A stretch of DNA of 64,000 nucleotides from Octopus vulgaris (Eukaryota), in the NCBI GenBank assembly GCA_951406725.2, contig OX597833.1, positions 30,752,001 to 30,816,000 on the forward strand. The letters run 5' to 3'. Within the stretch, counting starts at the first letter, position 1, and every line of letters starts with the position of its first letter. Shown piece by piece: positions 25,900-40,067 of the stretch. Made by a program: the position numbers and the translations under genes. The notes under the pieces are model-generated. The model was not told the DNA's origin. It was given only the letters and a program-made list of their open reading frames with translations, and made no database searches.

Positions 25900-27480
25900 T
25901 CATTGGCTACATGTTGTATTGTCCCTGAATTGATAGAGGGGAAAAATTCTGAAGCTTGGATTTTTGTTATTGGCACAAATGTCTATGTGTTGGCTGAATG
26001 CTATTTTTGTTTTGGGGAATTTTGATCTGGGATCTGTGCAGAGCCATTCTTGTACATAGACTGTTTTTTGTTTGGCCTATGTATTGCTCTTGACACCCAG
26101 AGCAGGTTAGTGCACATATCAGGTTCTCCGAAGCACATGTGAAGTTGCTTTTCCCTGTGAGACGTTGTCCCTGTTTGAAGGAGAACTCTGATCCCACAAT
26201 TAAATTGACGCATATCCCACAGTTGGGTTTTCTGCATTTTTTTACTGACAGCTTCTCTGTTGTTGTTGAGCGTATTCAGGTTTGTGTTAAGCGACTTTTC
26301 ATAGATTTTGGGCTGTCTCTTGCTTTTTATGATGGTGTGTGTTTGGAGGATTAAGTTCATTTTGTTGTCCTTTCTCAGCAGGGGAATGTTTTGGAAGATG
26401 GTGTCGAAGGCTTCATTGTTGAGAGGGTTGTGTGTGGAGATGTATGGTAGGGCTTTTGCTTGTAAATCCTTTTTTAATTTGGGATGTCCGAGTTCCTGGA
26501 TGTTGAGTTGAAGAGCACGTTGAAAGCATATGTCAATTAGTGAAGGTGGGTAGTTCCTGGTGATGAGTGTATCCTTTAGTTCATGTAATCATGTGTCTGG
26601 TGTTTGCATTAGAAACTATAGTACATATATCCTTTTTGCTAGGTTGAAGGGGATATTCATTCTGGAGTTGAATGGTAGATATTGCTTGGAGTCCGTGGGC
26701 TTATAGTATATATCTGTTTCTATTACGTTGTTAGATTTCTTAATGAGGATGTGTGGGAGGTTTGGTTGGGGTGGGGGGAAGGAGGAGCAATATGGAATTA
26801 AAAGGATTTTTTTTGTTTCTGGGCACACACAGACGCACACATACACACACACAACACCCTGATAAATACCATTCACACACATACACACACCACCAGGACA
26901 ATTATAACAGCACAAACATACTCAAACAAACACACACTCATGTACACACACATAACATCCCCACCAACACAAAACACACAAACATACTCACACACCCGCA
27001 GATGCACACATACACACACACGAACAAAGACAAACACACACACAACACCCTAACAAATATTGATCACACACACACACACACAAACGTGCACACAGATACA
27101 CATACCATCCTGCCAATATAAAACACATATAGACCCATATACATATGCAGCAATAAACTTTGGGACCAATCAAAAATGGCTCCCACACACAAACACATGT
27201 ATAAACACACACACTTAGGGACGTGCACCGAGACACGCACACTATTCTGACCTCTAAGACCAGTCCCCAAAACCACTGAACCATGACAGACTAGCCCAGA
27301 AACAAAAAAATCCTTTTAATTCCACATTGCTCCTCCTTCTCCCCACCCCAACCAACCTCCCACACTGTCCCTTAAAATAGCAAACATTCCTTAGCTACAC
27401 ACAAGACAGAAAAAATGCCAAAAAAGTTGGTTCCTCTCGAATTTTTTGTAAATTCTAAAACATATCTCCTTCTGTGTATA
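25900..27480 (-). mobile_element. Penelope-like fragment (RT thumb + GIY-YIG) with inverted terminal segment
   Basis: IETDIYYKPTDSKQYL and NLICALTCSGCQEQYIGQTKNSL motifs. Inverted repeat at 26751-26824 / 27294-27365. Confidence 0.8.
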
Positions 27481-27919
27481 TATATGTACTACCAAACAAA
27501 CATGATTTTTATTGAACTCCTAATATTTTTGTTGAATATTTTCTTAAATACTCTCTTGTAAACTGTTTTTAACATTTTCTTATTATTATCAAAAAAATGT
27601 ATATGTGTAACTGAATACCTTCGTGACAACCAGTACCTAACACAACAAAGCTTATACAATGCTTTACATTTTACTTTTGACAATCTTTATCTAAAAAAGT
27701 GAAACCAGTTAAGTGAACAAACATCTTTAAAATTGCATTTTCAAACCTTCTTTCATATATATTTTCTCTCATGCAATATCTTACAAATTTACTTTGTTAT
27801 ATATATATATTCCAAGAAAATTAGAGGTTGTGAATCCAACAAACTAAGGGATAATATCCCAATTTATATTCCTGTATGTTATATTTTAATAATTACTGGT
27901 ATCTTTATATTTTTTAAAT

Positions 27920-28849
27920 TTTATTTATATTTTTTTATTTTATCTAGTTTCAGCTCACGGGCTGTGACCATGCTGGGGCACCGCCATTTGGTGTTGCTAC
28001 ATGATTTTACTTCACGAATGCTTTTAGCAATTGACATTTGATGCATGAGAGAGTTTGATGCAGCTGCCCTCATCTGCACCTCCTGCCGTGAAGTTGGTTC
28101 ATCTGAGACACCTGACAGGAAGAGGTCCAGCTTTATTTTAAAGACATCTGCATCCACCCCATGCAGGTCTCCCAGGTCCTTTGGGAGGATACTGAAGAGC
28201 TGTGGGTCTCTGAAGCCCAGGCTATCACAGTATCTTGTCCTACATCTTGATGGCAAATTTGGAGTCCTTGGCACTCTGCATTGGCGCCCAGTTGTAGTAT
28301 TTGTGTAACTCTCGATGCCAAAGTTTGGGACAAGTCCTTCCAGATGTATATTATGGCATATCTTTCTTGCCTACGCTCTAAGGAATAGAGTCTTAATCTC
28401 TTGAGTCTTTCCCAATAGCTTATATGCTGCACAGAGGCTATCTTCTTCATGTAGCTTCATTGGATTGCCTCCAGTTCTGAGATTAATTTGACTCTGGTTG
28501 GTGACCATAGCTGAGAGCAATAGTCAAAGTGGCTTAGGACAAGTGTCCTCCAGAGGACCATCATGGTTTCTTGGTCTCTTGTTTTAAAAGCACTAAGAAT
28601 CCATCCAGTCAGCCGCCTACATTTCATTGCCAATTTAGCAACATGCACATGAAAGGTTGCATCATTACTCATGTAAATACCCAGGTCTCGCACTGATTGT
28701 GCCTCTGGGATTGCAATCCCTCTGGGTCCAGTGTATTTATTAGGTATTGCATTTAGTTTTGCATGCTGATAGCATAAAGCTTGAAACTTTTCAGCATTAA
28801 ACTGCATACTATTCTTTTCAGCCCACTTGTATATTTTGTCCAGCTCACA
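27920..28849 (-). mobile_element. CR1/L2-group LINE 3' fragment
   Basis: Close match to 55965-56885 (ELDKIYKWAEKNSMQFN, LSHFDYCSQLW, YWERLKRL). Confidence 0.9.
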
Positions 28850-28865
28850 TATATATATATATATA

Positions 28866-30600
28866 CTAGCATAGTTACCCGGCATTGCCCGAGTTACATA
28901 CAATTGAAGAATTAGACTTTTCTGTTATATTTTCTGCAATGAACTGAAATACCTATGTTTCGAATTTCATCTAAATTCCTGATGAGGGTTATTTCCCTCT
29001 TTACACACCCAAACAAATTGTAATCATGCCACGTGTATCCCATACTACTGATTTTTATGCGCATATTTCAAAATTCCAGTCTTATAGAACTTGTTAAAAG
29101 GATTTTGCTCCTGAAAAATGGAGGTCATGGAGCTCTAAAATGTGAGAATTAACGCCCCTATTGGGGGTGGGCATCTTAATGTCAACCAGAGAAGTTGAAT
29201 TGTTGAGAATCTTTTTAACTTGGGTCTTATATCTATTGTTTGAATTTCTTTGAAATAGGAAATATATGTTCACTGGGTTTGTAAAAGAGAGCAAAGCTAC
29301 AGAAAACCAAAAGATGAATGATCACAATAAGCAGTCAGCTACACTACCTTAGTCGTTACCACTCCCAATGTAGTGTTCCTCACCATCCAGGTGACAGGTA
29401 CAGCTGTAAGATGCATTACGAATCTATAGCAATTGGAAGGGCGTGACCCAACTGAAATAAACATCAACAACTGTGTGACATGAGGGCTAAGGAGAAATGA
29501 AAGTGTCACCTCTGGAGTTTGCAAATGACCACTATACTCATACGTATCTGGACAGAATAAATTTACAATCTATAAATGTCTTTGAATAATCAGTCACTCA
29601 TCTGGGAAGGCCTTGAAATCAATGTTACCATGTGGGGACTATGTGTGACCCAGTGATAATAAAAAGACTGAAAGGAGGTCTGCAATCAAATAACTTTACT
29701 CAACACTTTGCAACTGAATCAGTGGAGGCAAAGATGCCTTTCATTTACTTGAAAATTTATGCAGCACATTGCAGAAATCACAATGTAAGTGTATGTCAAA
29801 GCAAAGTGTTACACTGTTGTACCATTGAATTACAAATGATGCTCATCTTCTATGCTCGGATGACCCCACAGCTTCCAAGAGTACAACTATTTGTCTTTGC
29901 TTAGATAAAATGACAAAATTGTGGGTGTTAAGTCCCCATGAAGGAGTCTTTCTAACTTGTAAGAAGACGAAATTTTATAAATATTACTTCATTTGTATCT
30001 AATATCTATGGTTAAAATTTCATCAACAGCAAAAATATATGAATTGTCATGGGAGTTGTGGCCCTTATGCATAGAATATAATTTCCAAATTTCGTAAAGA
30101 TCCATTCAGTACTTTTGACTTAGTTTTGGATCATAAAAGAAATGACTAAAATTTGGGAGTTAAGGCCCACATTAGGATGTCTTAGAATCCTCATGTGAAG
30201 TGGAAACTTTGAGAATACTTCTTGATGTGTGTCAATTACCCATGGTTGAAATTTCATGAACATTGAAAATTTATGAATTTTCATGGGGGGGTTCTGCCCC
30301 CTTTAAGCCATCTGAAATTCAAACCAAACATATTGCATTATACCCGCCCTTATGCATTGAATCTAAGTTTCAAATATCATAAGGATCCATTCAGTAATTT
30401 TGGTCCATGAAATTGTATGAAACACACAGCATTACTCTTCTCCCTAAGTTTGGATTTTGTGTTCCAAATTTCATTATGGTCGGTGCAGCAGTTTTAGAAT
30501 GTATAAGTAATACACGAACACATGAAGACATTGTCTTTGATATAATAGAAATGAATGTGCACATACACATATATGTATATATATGTGTGTGTGTGTGTAT

Positions 30601-30632
<32 letters not shown>

Positions 30633-30889
30633 AAGATAAATTGATAGATACAACTGAGTGGGCAAACAAAAAAATATGATACACAGCGTAGTGAGTTTTT
30701 ATGTTGATAAGCCTGGTACTTATTCAATTAGTTTCTTCTTGTGAAAGCAGAAAGTTATGGGGATGTAAATAAACAAACAGCAGTTGTGAAGCAGTGATGA
30801 GGGTGAAAAAAGAAAACAAAGTCACACTCACTTAAATATATACATACATATATATACGATTGATTTCTTTAAGTTTCTGTCTACGAAAT

Positions 30890-30935
<46 letters not shown>

Positions 30936-31962
30936 ACAAACACACACACACACAAAAAGATAAACTGTGTGGGCAAACAAAAATATGAGATACTGCCTAG
31001 TGGTTTTTTAAATTTATTTTGATAAGCCTGGTACTTATTCTATCAGTTTCATCTTGTGAAAACAGTAAGTTATGGGGATGTAAATAAATGAACAGCAGTT
31101 GTGATGCAGTGACGAGGGAGAAACATAAAGACACACACACAGACTTACATATATACATACATATATATATCTGGTTGATTTCTTTCAGTTTCTGTCTACA
31201 AAATCCACTGACAAGGCTTTGGTTGGTCTGAGGCTATAGCAGAAGACACATACCAAGTCACCACACAGTGGGACTGAACCCAGGACCATGTGTTTTGGAA
31301 CGAAGTTTGTTACCACACAGCCACACTTGCACCTATGTATATGTGTGTATGTGAGTATGGGTGTATATATATATATGCATGTATATATGTGTATATATAT
31401 GTGTACATATTACATGTACATCTATTTGTATAGAAATAAATGTATACATACACACACACATACATAGGTGCAGGTGTGGCTGTGTGGTAACAAACTTCAT
31501 TCCAAAACACATGGTCCTGGGTTTAAATTTAAATTTAAAATAATAAGGGTGAGAAATTGAATATTAATTTGATTAATATGAATTGAAAACCAGTGGTGTA
31601 GCATATAAGACTATAGCGGATCTTCTTCTAGCAAAATGGATGTCCACTGTTAATGGTTCATCCCTCTTATATAATAGTTTGACTTTAATAGTTTCAGTAT
31701 TAAAGTGAAAGTATCTGACATTACAATAGAGAGATGTTTTTGTTTCACTTTTAACACGTAATACTGAAATAGTGGAGAAGATATGATATTGCTGTGGGCT
31801 CGCCTTAGGCAAGAAGTTAGAAATGATTTTGCCCATGACACTACATGGACCCTAAGTAAGGCATGTGTAAAATTTGAATGAAATTGGTTGTGTAGTTCTC
31901 AAGTTTTAGGGAAACACACAGACAGACAGACAGACACACATTCTCAGTTTTATATATATAGA
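28866..31962 (-). mobile_element. Non-autonomous Helitron-like element (composite, with SINE insertions)
   Basis: Minus-strand 3' end CGGGCAATGCCGGGTAACTATGCTAG|T at 28866 and 5' end TCTATATATATAAAACTGAGAATGTGTGTCTG at about 31962. That the two ends belong to one element is inferred. Confidence 0.5.
30690..31525 (-). mobile_element. tRNA-derived SINE copies (partial tandem duplication plus an inverted head)
   Basis: Head GGTGCAAGTGTGGCTGTGTGGTAA...GGGTTCAGTCCC on the minus strand at about 31270-31335; body duplicated at 30690-30890; plus-strand head at 31467-31525. Confidence 0.75.
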
Positions 31963-31964
31963 TA

Positions 31965-34900
31965 TAAATGCAAAAGGACCAAAAGACAAAGGAAGAAAAA
32001 GTTGCATGTCACCTGCATCAAAACTAAAATATTCCAATGTAGTGCGCACTATCTCTAAAAGCCAGCCCTGTCCAGAAGTTGCCATAAAGACTTCAGCTGA
32101 GCAACAATCTTCTTTATACATGGCACAAAAGTTTGTGCAATAAATGACCTGGCTACGTCAATTCCAGAGCTGGAGCCATCCCCACCAACAAACAAGAATG
32201 CCACAGCCAATGGATCCAGCGTGGTCACCATTGGCATCAGCACAGATGTCACACCAACATACTTTATAAACATCAGAGGACTGTTGCAACTTAGTAATGG
32301 AACCAAAATTACCTTCCTGAGGGACCTTGTGGCATGAAATCAAGGACTATGCCTAGCACTCACCAAAACACACCTAAAACCTCACATCACAGATATAGAA
32401 ATACATATACCAAAGGATGCTTTCTTGTGAAGTGACAGTAAAGAGAGGAATCATGGTGGAGTTGTCATGTACATCCATGATGATCTCACAAAACAGATTC
32501 TTTTGTTGCACTCAAACTCAGTGTGCGACAGTAATTGTACACATAAGACAACTCAATATAGTTACATGTACTACTTATTGCCCACCAGATGCTCCAAATC
32601 CCATGCCTTGCAAGAATAGATGAAGTCTTAACCAAACTAGACTGTACATCTCATGGGGGGTTTCAACCTGCCCAATGTAGGATGGCCTTAAGACATTTTC
32701 CTCTCAGGAATGACATGATGTGATTAAAGTCAGGTTGAATCACTGCTCGACCACATCAAGTTACACACGGAGCAAATAATACTCCAGCCAAGCAGGGAAA
32801 ACAATATACTTGATTTCTATTTCACAAACAATATGGGTCTTATCCATAATGTGAAAGTAATACCAACATTAGTCTTGGATCACAGCATAATAGAGCTGAC
32901 CATGTACAGACCAAAGGAACCCACGGACATATAGCCTATGAGAAGCATTCAAAACCTAACCAATCTGAACTACCACAACGCAGGTTGAAAATCAATAGAG
33001 AAAGATCATCAGACAGGACTGGTCCCAATGTCTCTCTACACCTGACATTGATATAAAACTGAAAATTTTCATGTCCATAGTGCAAGTCATATGCCTCTAT
33101 TTTGTCCCTGAGAGAAAGGCGAGTACACATAAAAACAAGATTCCCAGGGGCAGAAAAGTTCTTATGAGACAGCATACAAAAATTACAAACTGCCTCAACA
33201 TAAAACACAGTAGCAGTGAAAAATCCTGCCTTGAAACAGCACTGCTGGAGATTGAGAAACATATGAAATGCTCACATGAAAAAGAAAGTGCAGACACAGA
33301 AGCCTGAGTTCTAAAAAAATATGCCAAAGAAACTGTCTCCATGGATTGCAATTTAAGGTCATTCCTCCAAAATGATGATTCCCACACAGGAAATCCAATA
33401 AGGATAAGTGAAACACTGAATAAACATTTCAAAAGTGTCCTCACCCCACCTGTATGGCACATGAAAATTAGCAAACCTGTAGAATTCCTTACCACTACAG
33501 AAGTAGAAAGGGAGGCAGTAACAATTGATTACATCAACATCAAAGAAGAGAATGTAATACTAGCAATAGATGACACAGACACAAACTCAGCTGCAGGCCC
33601 CTATGGATTCACAGCAATCCTTCTCAAGTCATGTAAATGAGTCCTTGCAAAACCATTGCAGCTTCTTTTTCAGTGATTCCTTGTAAATGGCAAGCTCCTG
33701 GGAAAACTAAAGGAGAGAATAATATGCCCTATTCATAAAGGAGGAAGCAGAGTAGATACTAAAAATTATAGGCCTATCTCCCTGACCTCACACATCAGAA
33801 AAATCATGGACTGAATAGTCTAAAGGAAACCACATTCCTTGAAGAGAATAACTTGCTGACTGACACCCAGCACGGTTTTTGACCTGCTAGAAGCTGCCTG
33901 ACACAGCTCTTATAGCACTACAACTGGATGCTAAAGCAGCTTCTCAACAACTTAGATGTGGATGTGATATATCTTGACTTTGCAAAAGCCTTTGATAAAG
34001 CCAACCATGGTATGATCTCAGTGAGATCTCAGCATAATTGGAAAACCTGGAGAATGGCTGCATGTCCTTCTAAAAGATAGATGTCAGGCAGTGGTGGCCA
34101 ATGGTGTCACCTCCAAGGAAATGCAAATAATGAGTGGTGTTCCCCAGGGCACTGTCTTGGGGCCACTGCTATTCATAGTGGCCCTCAGCTGTTCAGGTAG
34201 CCACCCTTGCTAGCTATGCAGAAGATACAAACATCTCTCAGAGGATACAGAACCCTGGGGATATTGCTTATCTGCAATGGGAATTGGATGCAATATACAG
34301 GTGGGCTGAGGAAAACAATATGCACTTTAATGCTGGAAAATTAGAAGCCCTCTGCTACCAACACATAAAGCTCAATGTAAAGCAGACAGGATACACTGGC
34401 CCAGGAGGGATTGCAATACCTGAATCAAAATCAGTGCACAACCTGGGCATCTTTCCAGGTGCGTATGACTAAGTTGGCAATAAAATGCAGATGGTTGGCC
34501 AGATGGATCCTTCAAACTTTCAGAATGAGAGAAAAGGAAACTATGATGGTCCTCTGGGGAACATTCATCCTCAGCCATTTGAGTTACTGCTCCCAATTGT
34601 GGTTACCACACAATGTAAATTTAACAATAGAACACAAAGCAATCCAGAGAAACTACACAAAGATCATCTCAATGTGACATTTTACCTACTCAAAGAGATT
34701 GAAAAAGTTAAGACTCAACTCCCTAGAATGTAGGAGGAAAAGATGCATAGTAATAAACATATGGAAAAGAGTAGAACCTGTATCAAAATTTGGGATTATC
34801 AGTTACAGAAACAGCAGAATGGGTTTCCAATGCACAAAAGCAAAAATTCCCAATGTTGCAATCAGAATACAGTACCAGATACTGCAACACCTTGGGGTTC

Positions 34901-35160
34901 AGGCACCCACAGCTCTTAAATATCCTCCCACAAAGCCCCTGAGATACCAACAAAGGGTGGATGTAGGGATCTTCAAAACAAAAGTGGATCTACTCCTGTC
35001 CAGAGTTCTGCATGACCCAACCACACGGCAATAAACAAAGATGACAGCAGGAACATCAAACTCACCTCATTCACCAAATGCCACACATCAGAGGAGGTTT
35101 AGTACAAGTGTAGCAAAGTGAATGTTGCTGCCTAGCATGGCAACAGATCTCAAGCTGAAA
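31965..35160 (+). mobile_element. Degenerate CR1/L2-group LINE ORF2 (APE + RT)
   Basis: Colinear with 54436-56885 (YRPISLTS, YLDFAKAFDK, GVPQGTVLGPLLF) with many stops. Confidence 0.9.
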
Positions 35161-35949
35161 TATTTTAATAAGCCTTATTGTATAATTTTGTATTCTATAT
35201 AAATACTGATTGTTATGTAATGATTTAGTTATCGAAGTTATGTATATAATTATTAGATTTTAACTCTACGTTTATTTGTAAGACTTTACTTAGCCAAAGA
35301 GATTTATAGATCGTTAATAGTATTACGAGTTTTTTTAAAGTTAGGTTTCATGTCTATACATTTATTGATAGCATAAATTTTAGTCTTTATGCTTTATGCT
35401 ATATGTGTTGATAGTTATTTAGTTATTATTTTAAATATTTTATAATTGTTAGATGTGTACTTAAATCTAATATATGAATAACGACTTTTTAGTTAAATAA
35501 TTTGGTAATTAAATTTTTGGACTATAACTGTGTTAAGGATATTTGTGAGTTTATTATGTTTTTTTAATCTATTTTGTATATTCATATATATTTCTAATAG
35601 TAGACTTCGTTCTATTATAACTTATATATAGCTATTTTCAATTGATAATTTATAGTAGTATTTTTCATTGATAAATATATTCGTAGTATTTATTGGATAC
35701 TATATAACTACGGATTGATAATATTGTATAAGTATTTAGTCGTTGAAGATATGTATTTCACTATTTCATTTTAGTTCTTAACTATACGGTTTTTGGAAGT
35801 TATTAATTAGCCAATGAGATATATGGATCGTTAAATACTTATAGGGTTCTTTTAAGATAGTTTATTTGTTTACATTTTGCTTTTTCATCTTTAATCTTTT
35901 AATTTTTAATATATTTCATAAGTAATAATGAATAATTAATTTATTTAGT

Positions 35950-36810
35950 TTTTTATTATACGTGTATATATATTTATTGATAGAGATAATTTTAGATCTT
36001 AATTCTTATATTTATATACATTTATATATATTCATTGATAATTTAGTTATTATTCAAATATTATATAATTATTTGATTTAAATTTAAATTTAATAATATG
36101 AATAGTGATTATTTTTTTGATTATTTTTTTGTTAAATAATTAGGTAATTAGATATTGACTATAACTGAGATTAGATTATTTATGAGTTAATTATGTTTTT
36201 TAAAGCCATATTATATCTGAATAGATAAGTACATTTTCTATCTATTCTTACCTTAAAAATTAATATTTAACATTATAATCGATTGTATGACATAATCATA
36301 ATCGTTAAAGTTTCTTGTTTGATAACAGGGTTTTTTATAAGAAAAATTATTATTTTATTTATTTCTTAAAAAAATATTGTTTAAATATATTTGATTATTT
36401 ATTTAACTATTATCATTAACCTGAAGATTGACTATAACCATAATTCGAATTATTAACTGAATTTAAATTATTGTAATTCGAATTAGGTTATGGGCATGAA
36501 ACGATCGTAGTGGTTTTACTTTTTATCTTATATTAAATTTTTTAATACTTTTTGATAGTTATATATATTTAAAAAAAAAAATTAAAAAATAAAAATAATT
36601 AAATAAAAAATATATATATATTAAAATTTATAAAAATATATTAAAATAAATTAATAATTTTAAATTTTTAACTTTAAATTTAAATAATTTAAATTTTAAA
36701 TTTTGTATTTTATATATTTTGTATATTATATTAATTATTTTTATTTCTATGTTTTGGGTTATGTTTTTCACTGTTTGATTTGCCTAATAGTGGTTTTATC
36801 TGTAATTTAA
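35950..36810 (+). repeat. AT-rich Penelope-type terminal repeat; inverted copy at 46868-47690
   Basis: Near-identical reverse complement of 46868-47690, apart from one indel of about 30 bp and a few substitutions; contains a hammerhead. Confidence 0.88.
36417..36513 (+). ncRNA. Type I hammerhead ribozyme motif with long stem II
   Basis: TAAC-CTGAAGA-[ATAACC.TAATTCGAATTA...TAATTCGAATTA.GGTTAT]-GAAAC-GATC-GTA-GTGG; palindromic stem III ACGATCGT. Confidence 0.7.
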
Positions 36811-37858
36811 TCTCTTATTATAAAAGGCAGATTTTTAGGACGAAAATAAGATCTAAAGTTATCTCTAAGAAGCAGAAAGATCGCCCAAAAGTGTATATAG
36901 ATATTTAAATGTATTTATATATTCATCTATACACACATGTATGAATAATGTGCGCATATATATTTCCATAGAGGTAACCATTCAATCCATACAAAGTTTT
37001 TTAGGATGAAAATATTTATATATAAAAGAAAGGTTGTGTGTCTGTCTACTCCGATTTAGATTCCTAACTACTCCCACATTTTGCGATGCAGTTTAACCAA
37101 AACCGAGTATCTTATAGTCGTGATTCATATCGAGCCCTTCTGGGTATTAGCGCACGTCTACGATGAGTCTATGATTTTACAAATAATTTACCATCATTTT
37201 TTTCCATTTTAATGCATATTTTTTTAATAAAGGGAAGTAACTTTCAAACTTCACACCAATATGCGTGCTCATATGCGACGTAATATCACATCAGCAGCGT
37301 TTCCTCACACCCTCCTTGCACTTATCGAAGGCAAAATACCAGGGGATGAAAATGGTAATATTGCCATCGATTCCATTTGTACCATTGTTAAGACGTCTTC
37401 TGATCTCAGAGATGCAGTGTTCCCAGATCTACAAGCTAATTATCAGAATATGGATTGGATTGGCAAAAAGGCTATACTGGCCCCGAGGAATAAAACTGTT
37501 CACCATATTAATGATGAAATGCTAAAACTCATTCCTGGGGAAGTCTATGTATATCAGTCTATCGATACAACTCCTGACCCAGAGGACGTCATCAACTATC
37601 CAATAGAGGTACTCAATTCCTTTGAGCACCCCGGACTACCACCACACTTTCTCAAACTTAAAGTTGGTGCCCCTATAATGCTCATCAGAAATTTGGTTCC
37701 CCCAAAACAATGCAATGGCACACGTTTGATCGTTAAGTCCTTATCTCCCACCGTAAACTTAAATCAATATTTGCCTGAATAATCATCATAATTCAGTGCA
37801 ATCATTAACAGTACTTTCAAGCAATTCAGCCTTGAGCAACGCCGGGCAATTCTGCTAG
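36811..37858 (+). mobile_element. Non-autonomous Helitron carrying a Pif1-like helicase fragment
   Basis: A|TC 5' end. ORF 37261-37782 has [23 protein letters not shown] and CNGTRL (Pif1/RepHel helicase motifs). 3' end GAGCAACGCCGGGCAATTCTGCTAG|T. Confidence 0.88.
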
Positions 37859-37923
37859 TATATGTATATATGTGCACATATATGTATGTATGCATATGTA
37901 TATGTACATATGTATGTGTGTGC

Positions 37924-38029
<106 letters not shown>

Positions 38030-38087
38030 TATAAATACATATATATATATATATATATAATACATATATATAAATACATATATATAA

Positions 38088-38272
<185 letters not shown>

Positions 38273-38284
38273 TATATATATATA

Positions 38285-39249
38285 CGCCCGTTTCTCTAAA
38301 GTTCAACCTTCGCATATTCCCTTTAATTCGATCTCCACCATTCACTATCATTTCTTCCCCTGACTTGCAGCGATGTCCATGAGCAGGCTAAGATTCTCGC
38401 TTCTATTTCATACATACATACATTTGTCTACCGTTTAAATGTTTTGAACTTATAACCACCAATCTGCTTTGCTTTCCTTTTCTCTCTACATGCCACCCTA
38501 AAAACATCGCCATTCCCGCCCGTTTCTCTAAAGTTCAACCTTCGCATATTCCCTTTAATTCGATCTCCACCATTCACTATCATTTCTTCCCCTGACTTGC
38601 AGCGATGTCCATGAGCAGGCTAAGATTCTCGCTTCTATTTCATACATACATACATTTGTCTACCGTTTAAATGTTTTGAACTTATAACCACCAATCTGCT
38701 TTGCTTTCCTTTTCTCTCTACATGCCACCCTAAAAACATCGCCATTCCCGCCCGTTTCTCTAAAGTTCAACCTTCGCATATTCCCTTTAATTCGATCTCC
38801 ACCATTCACTATCATTTCTTCCCCTGACTTGCAGCGATGTCCATGAGCAGGCTAAGATTCTCGCTTCTATTTCATACATACATACATTTGTCTACCGTTT
38901 AAATGTTTTGAACTTATAACCACCAATCTGCTTTGCTTTCCTTTTCTCTCTACATGCCACCCTAAAAACATCGCCATTCCCGCCCGTTTCTCTAAAGTTC
39001 AACCTTCGCATATTCCCTTTAATTCGATCTCCACCATTCACTATCATTTCTTCCCCTGACTTGCAGTGATGTCCATGAGCAGGCTAAGATTCTCGCTTCT
39101 ATTTCATACATACATACATTTGTCTACCGTTTAAATGTTTTGAACTTATAACCACCAATCTGCTTTGCTTTCCTTTTCTCTCTACATGCCACCCTAAAAA
39201 CATCGCCATTCCCGCCCGTTTCTCTAAAGTTCAACCTTCGCATATTCCC
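38285..39249. repeat. 232-bp tandem repeat, about 4.2 near-identical copies
   Basis: CGCCCGTTTCTCTAAAGTTCAACC recurs at 38285, 38517, 38749, 38981 and 39213. Confidence 0.97.
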
Positions 39250-39504
39250 GGTGCACCCGCCCTTGCCCACCCCCACCACCAATACCGGATATCTCTATAT
39301 TTTTGTTCCATCTATACCGGATGTCGCTTCTCCCACCACCATTATAGGTGTCTACTCTTCGAACCCCCTCTTCAGCACGCTATTTCACCATGCATTACCC
39401 CTCTCTTGATATCCTACGTTCTACTTGCCTAGAACCTGTCATCATTTCTCTGAACCACCCCTCCCCACTGGTGCTCCCCTATATATTTCTATACCCCCCC
39501 CCCA

Positions 39505-39748
39505 CATAAAAAGCACCATCCGAACGTGGCCGATGCCAGACCCCTCTGGCACCTGTGCAGGTGGCACGTAAAAAACACCCACTACACTCGCGGAGTGGTT
39601 GGCGTTAGGAAGGGCATCCAGCTGTAGAAACACTGCCAGACTAGACTGGAGCCTGGGGCAGTCCCGAGCTCCCCAGACCCCGGTCGAAACCATCCAACCC
39701 GTGCTAGCGCGGAAAACGGACGTTAAACGATGATGATGATGATGATGA
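39505..39748 (+). mobile_element. RTE-related SINE / 3' end, young
   Basis: GGAGTGGTTGGCGTTAGGAAGGGCATCCAGCTGTAGAAAC...GGACGTTAAACGATGATGAT. Confidence 0.8.
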
Positions 39749-39943
39749 TATATATATATATATAATAATAAATATTAGGGAATAAATCCAAATTTACAGG
39801 GAAAAAAATCAGATTTAGGATTAAATCCAATTTTATAGTAAAATATTATAAAATATTATTAGAGACAAAACCACTATTTTGCAAAACAAACAAGGAAAGA
39901 CTTAATCAATACATAAAATTTTAATAAATAGTCAAAAAAACCG

Positions 39944-39986
39944 CCACTACAATCGTTTCTTGTCTTGATCGACAATCTTCAGGTGG
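39944..39986 (-). ncRNA. Minimal type I hammerhead ribozyme (mirror copy)
   Basis: Reverse complement of 40025-40067. Confidence 0.8.
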
Positions 39987-40024
39987 ACTTCAATAAGTCA
40001 GTTTTGAAACTGACTTATTGAAGT

Positions 40025-40067
40025 CCACCTGAAGATTGTCGATCAAGACAAGAAACGATTGTAGTGG
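40025..40067 (+). ncRNA. Minimal type I hammerhead ribozyme
   Basis: CCAC-CTGAAGA-TTGTC(gatcaa)GACAA-GAAAC-GATT-GTA-GTGG: stem I CCAC/GTGG, stem II TTGTC/GACAA, GUA cleavage triplet. Confidence 0.82.

Noticed and set aside
35160-36400. Extremely AT-rich DNA resembling a mitochondrial insertion
   Set aside because: No recognisable mitochondrial genes or tRNAs; contiguous with the hammerhead-bearing terminal repeat.
37261-37782. Host PIF1 helicase gene
   Set aside because: Short fragment enclosed by Helitron TC/CTAG termini; transposon-derived.
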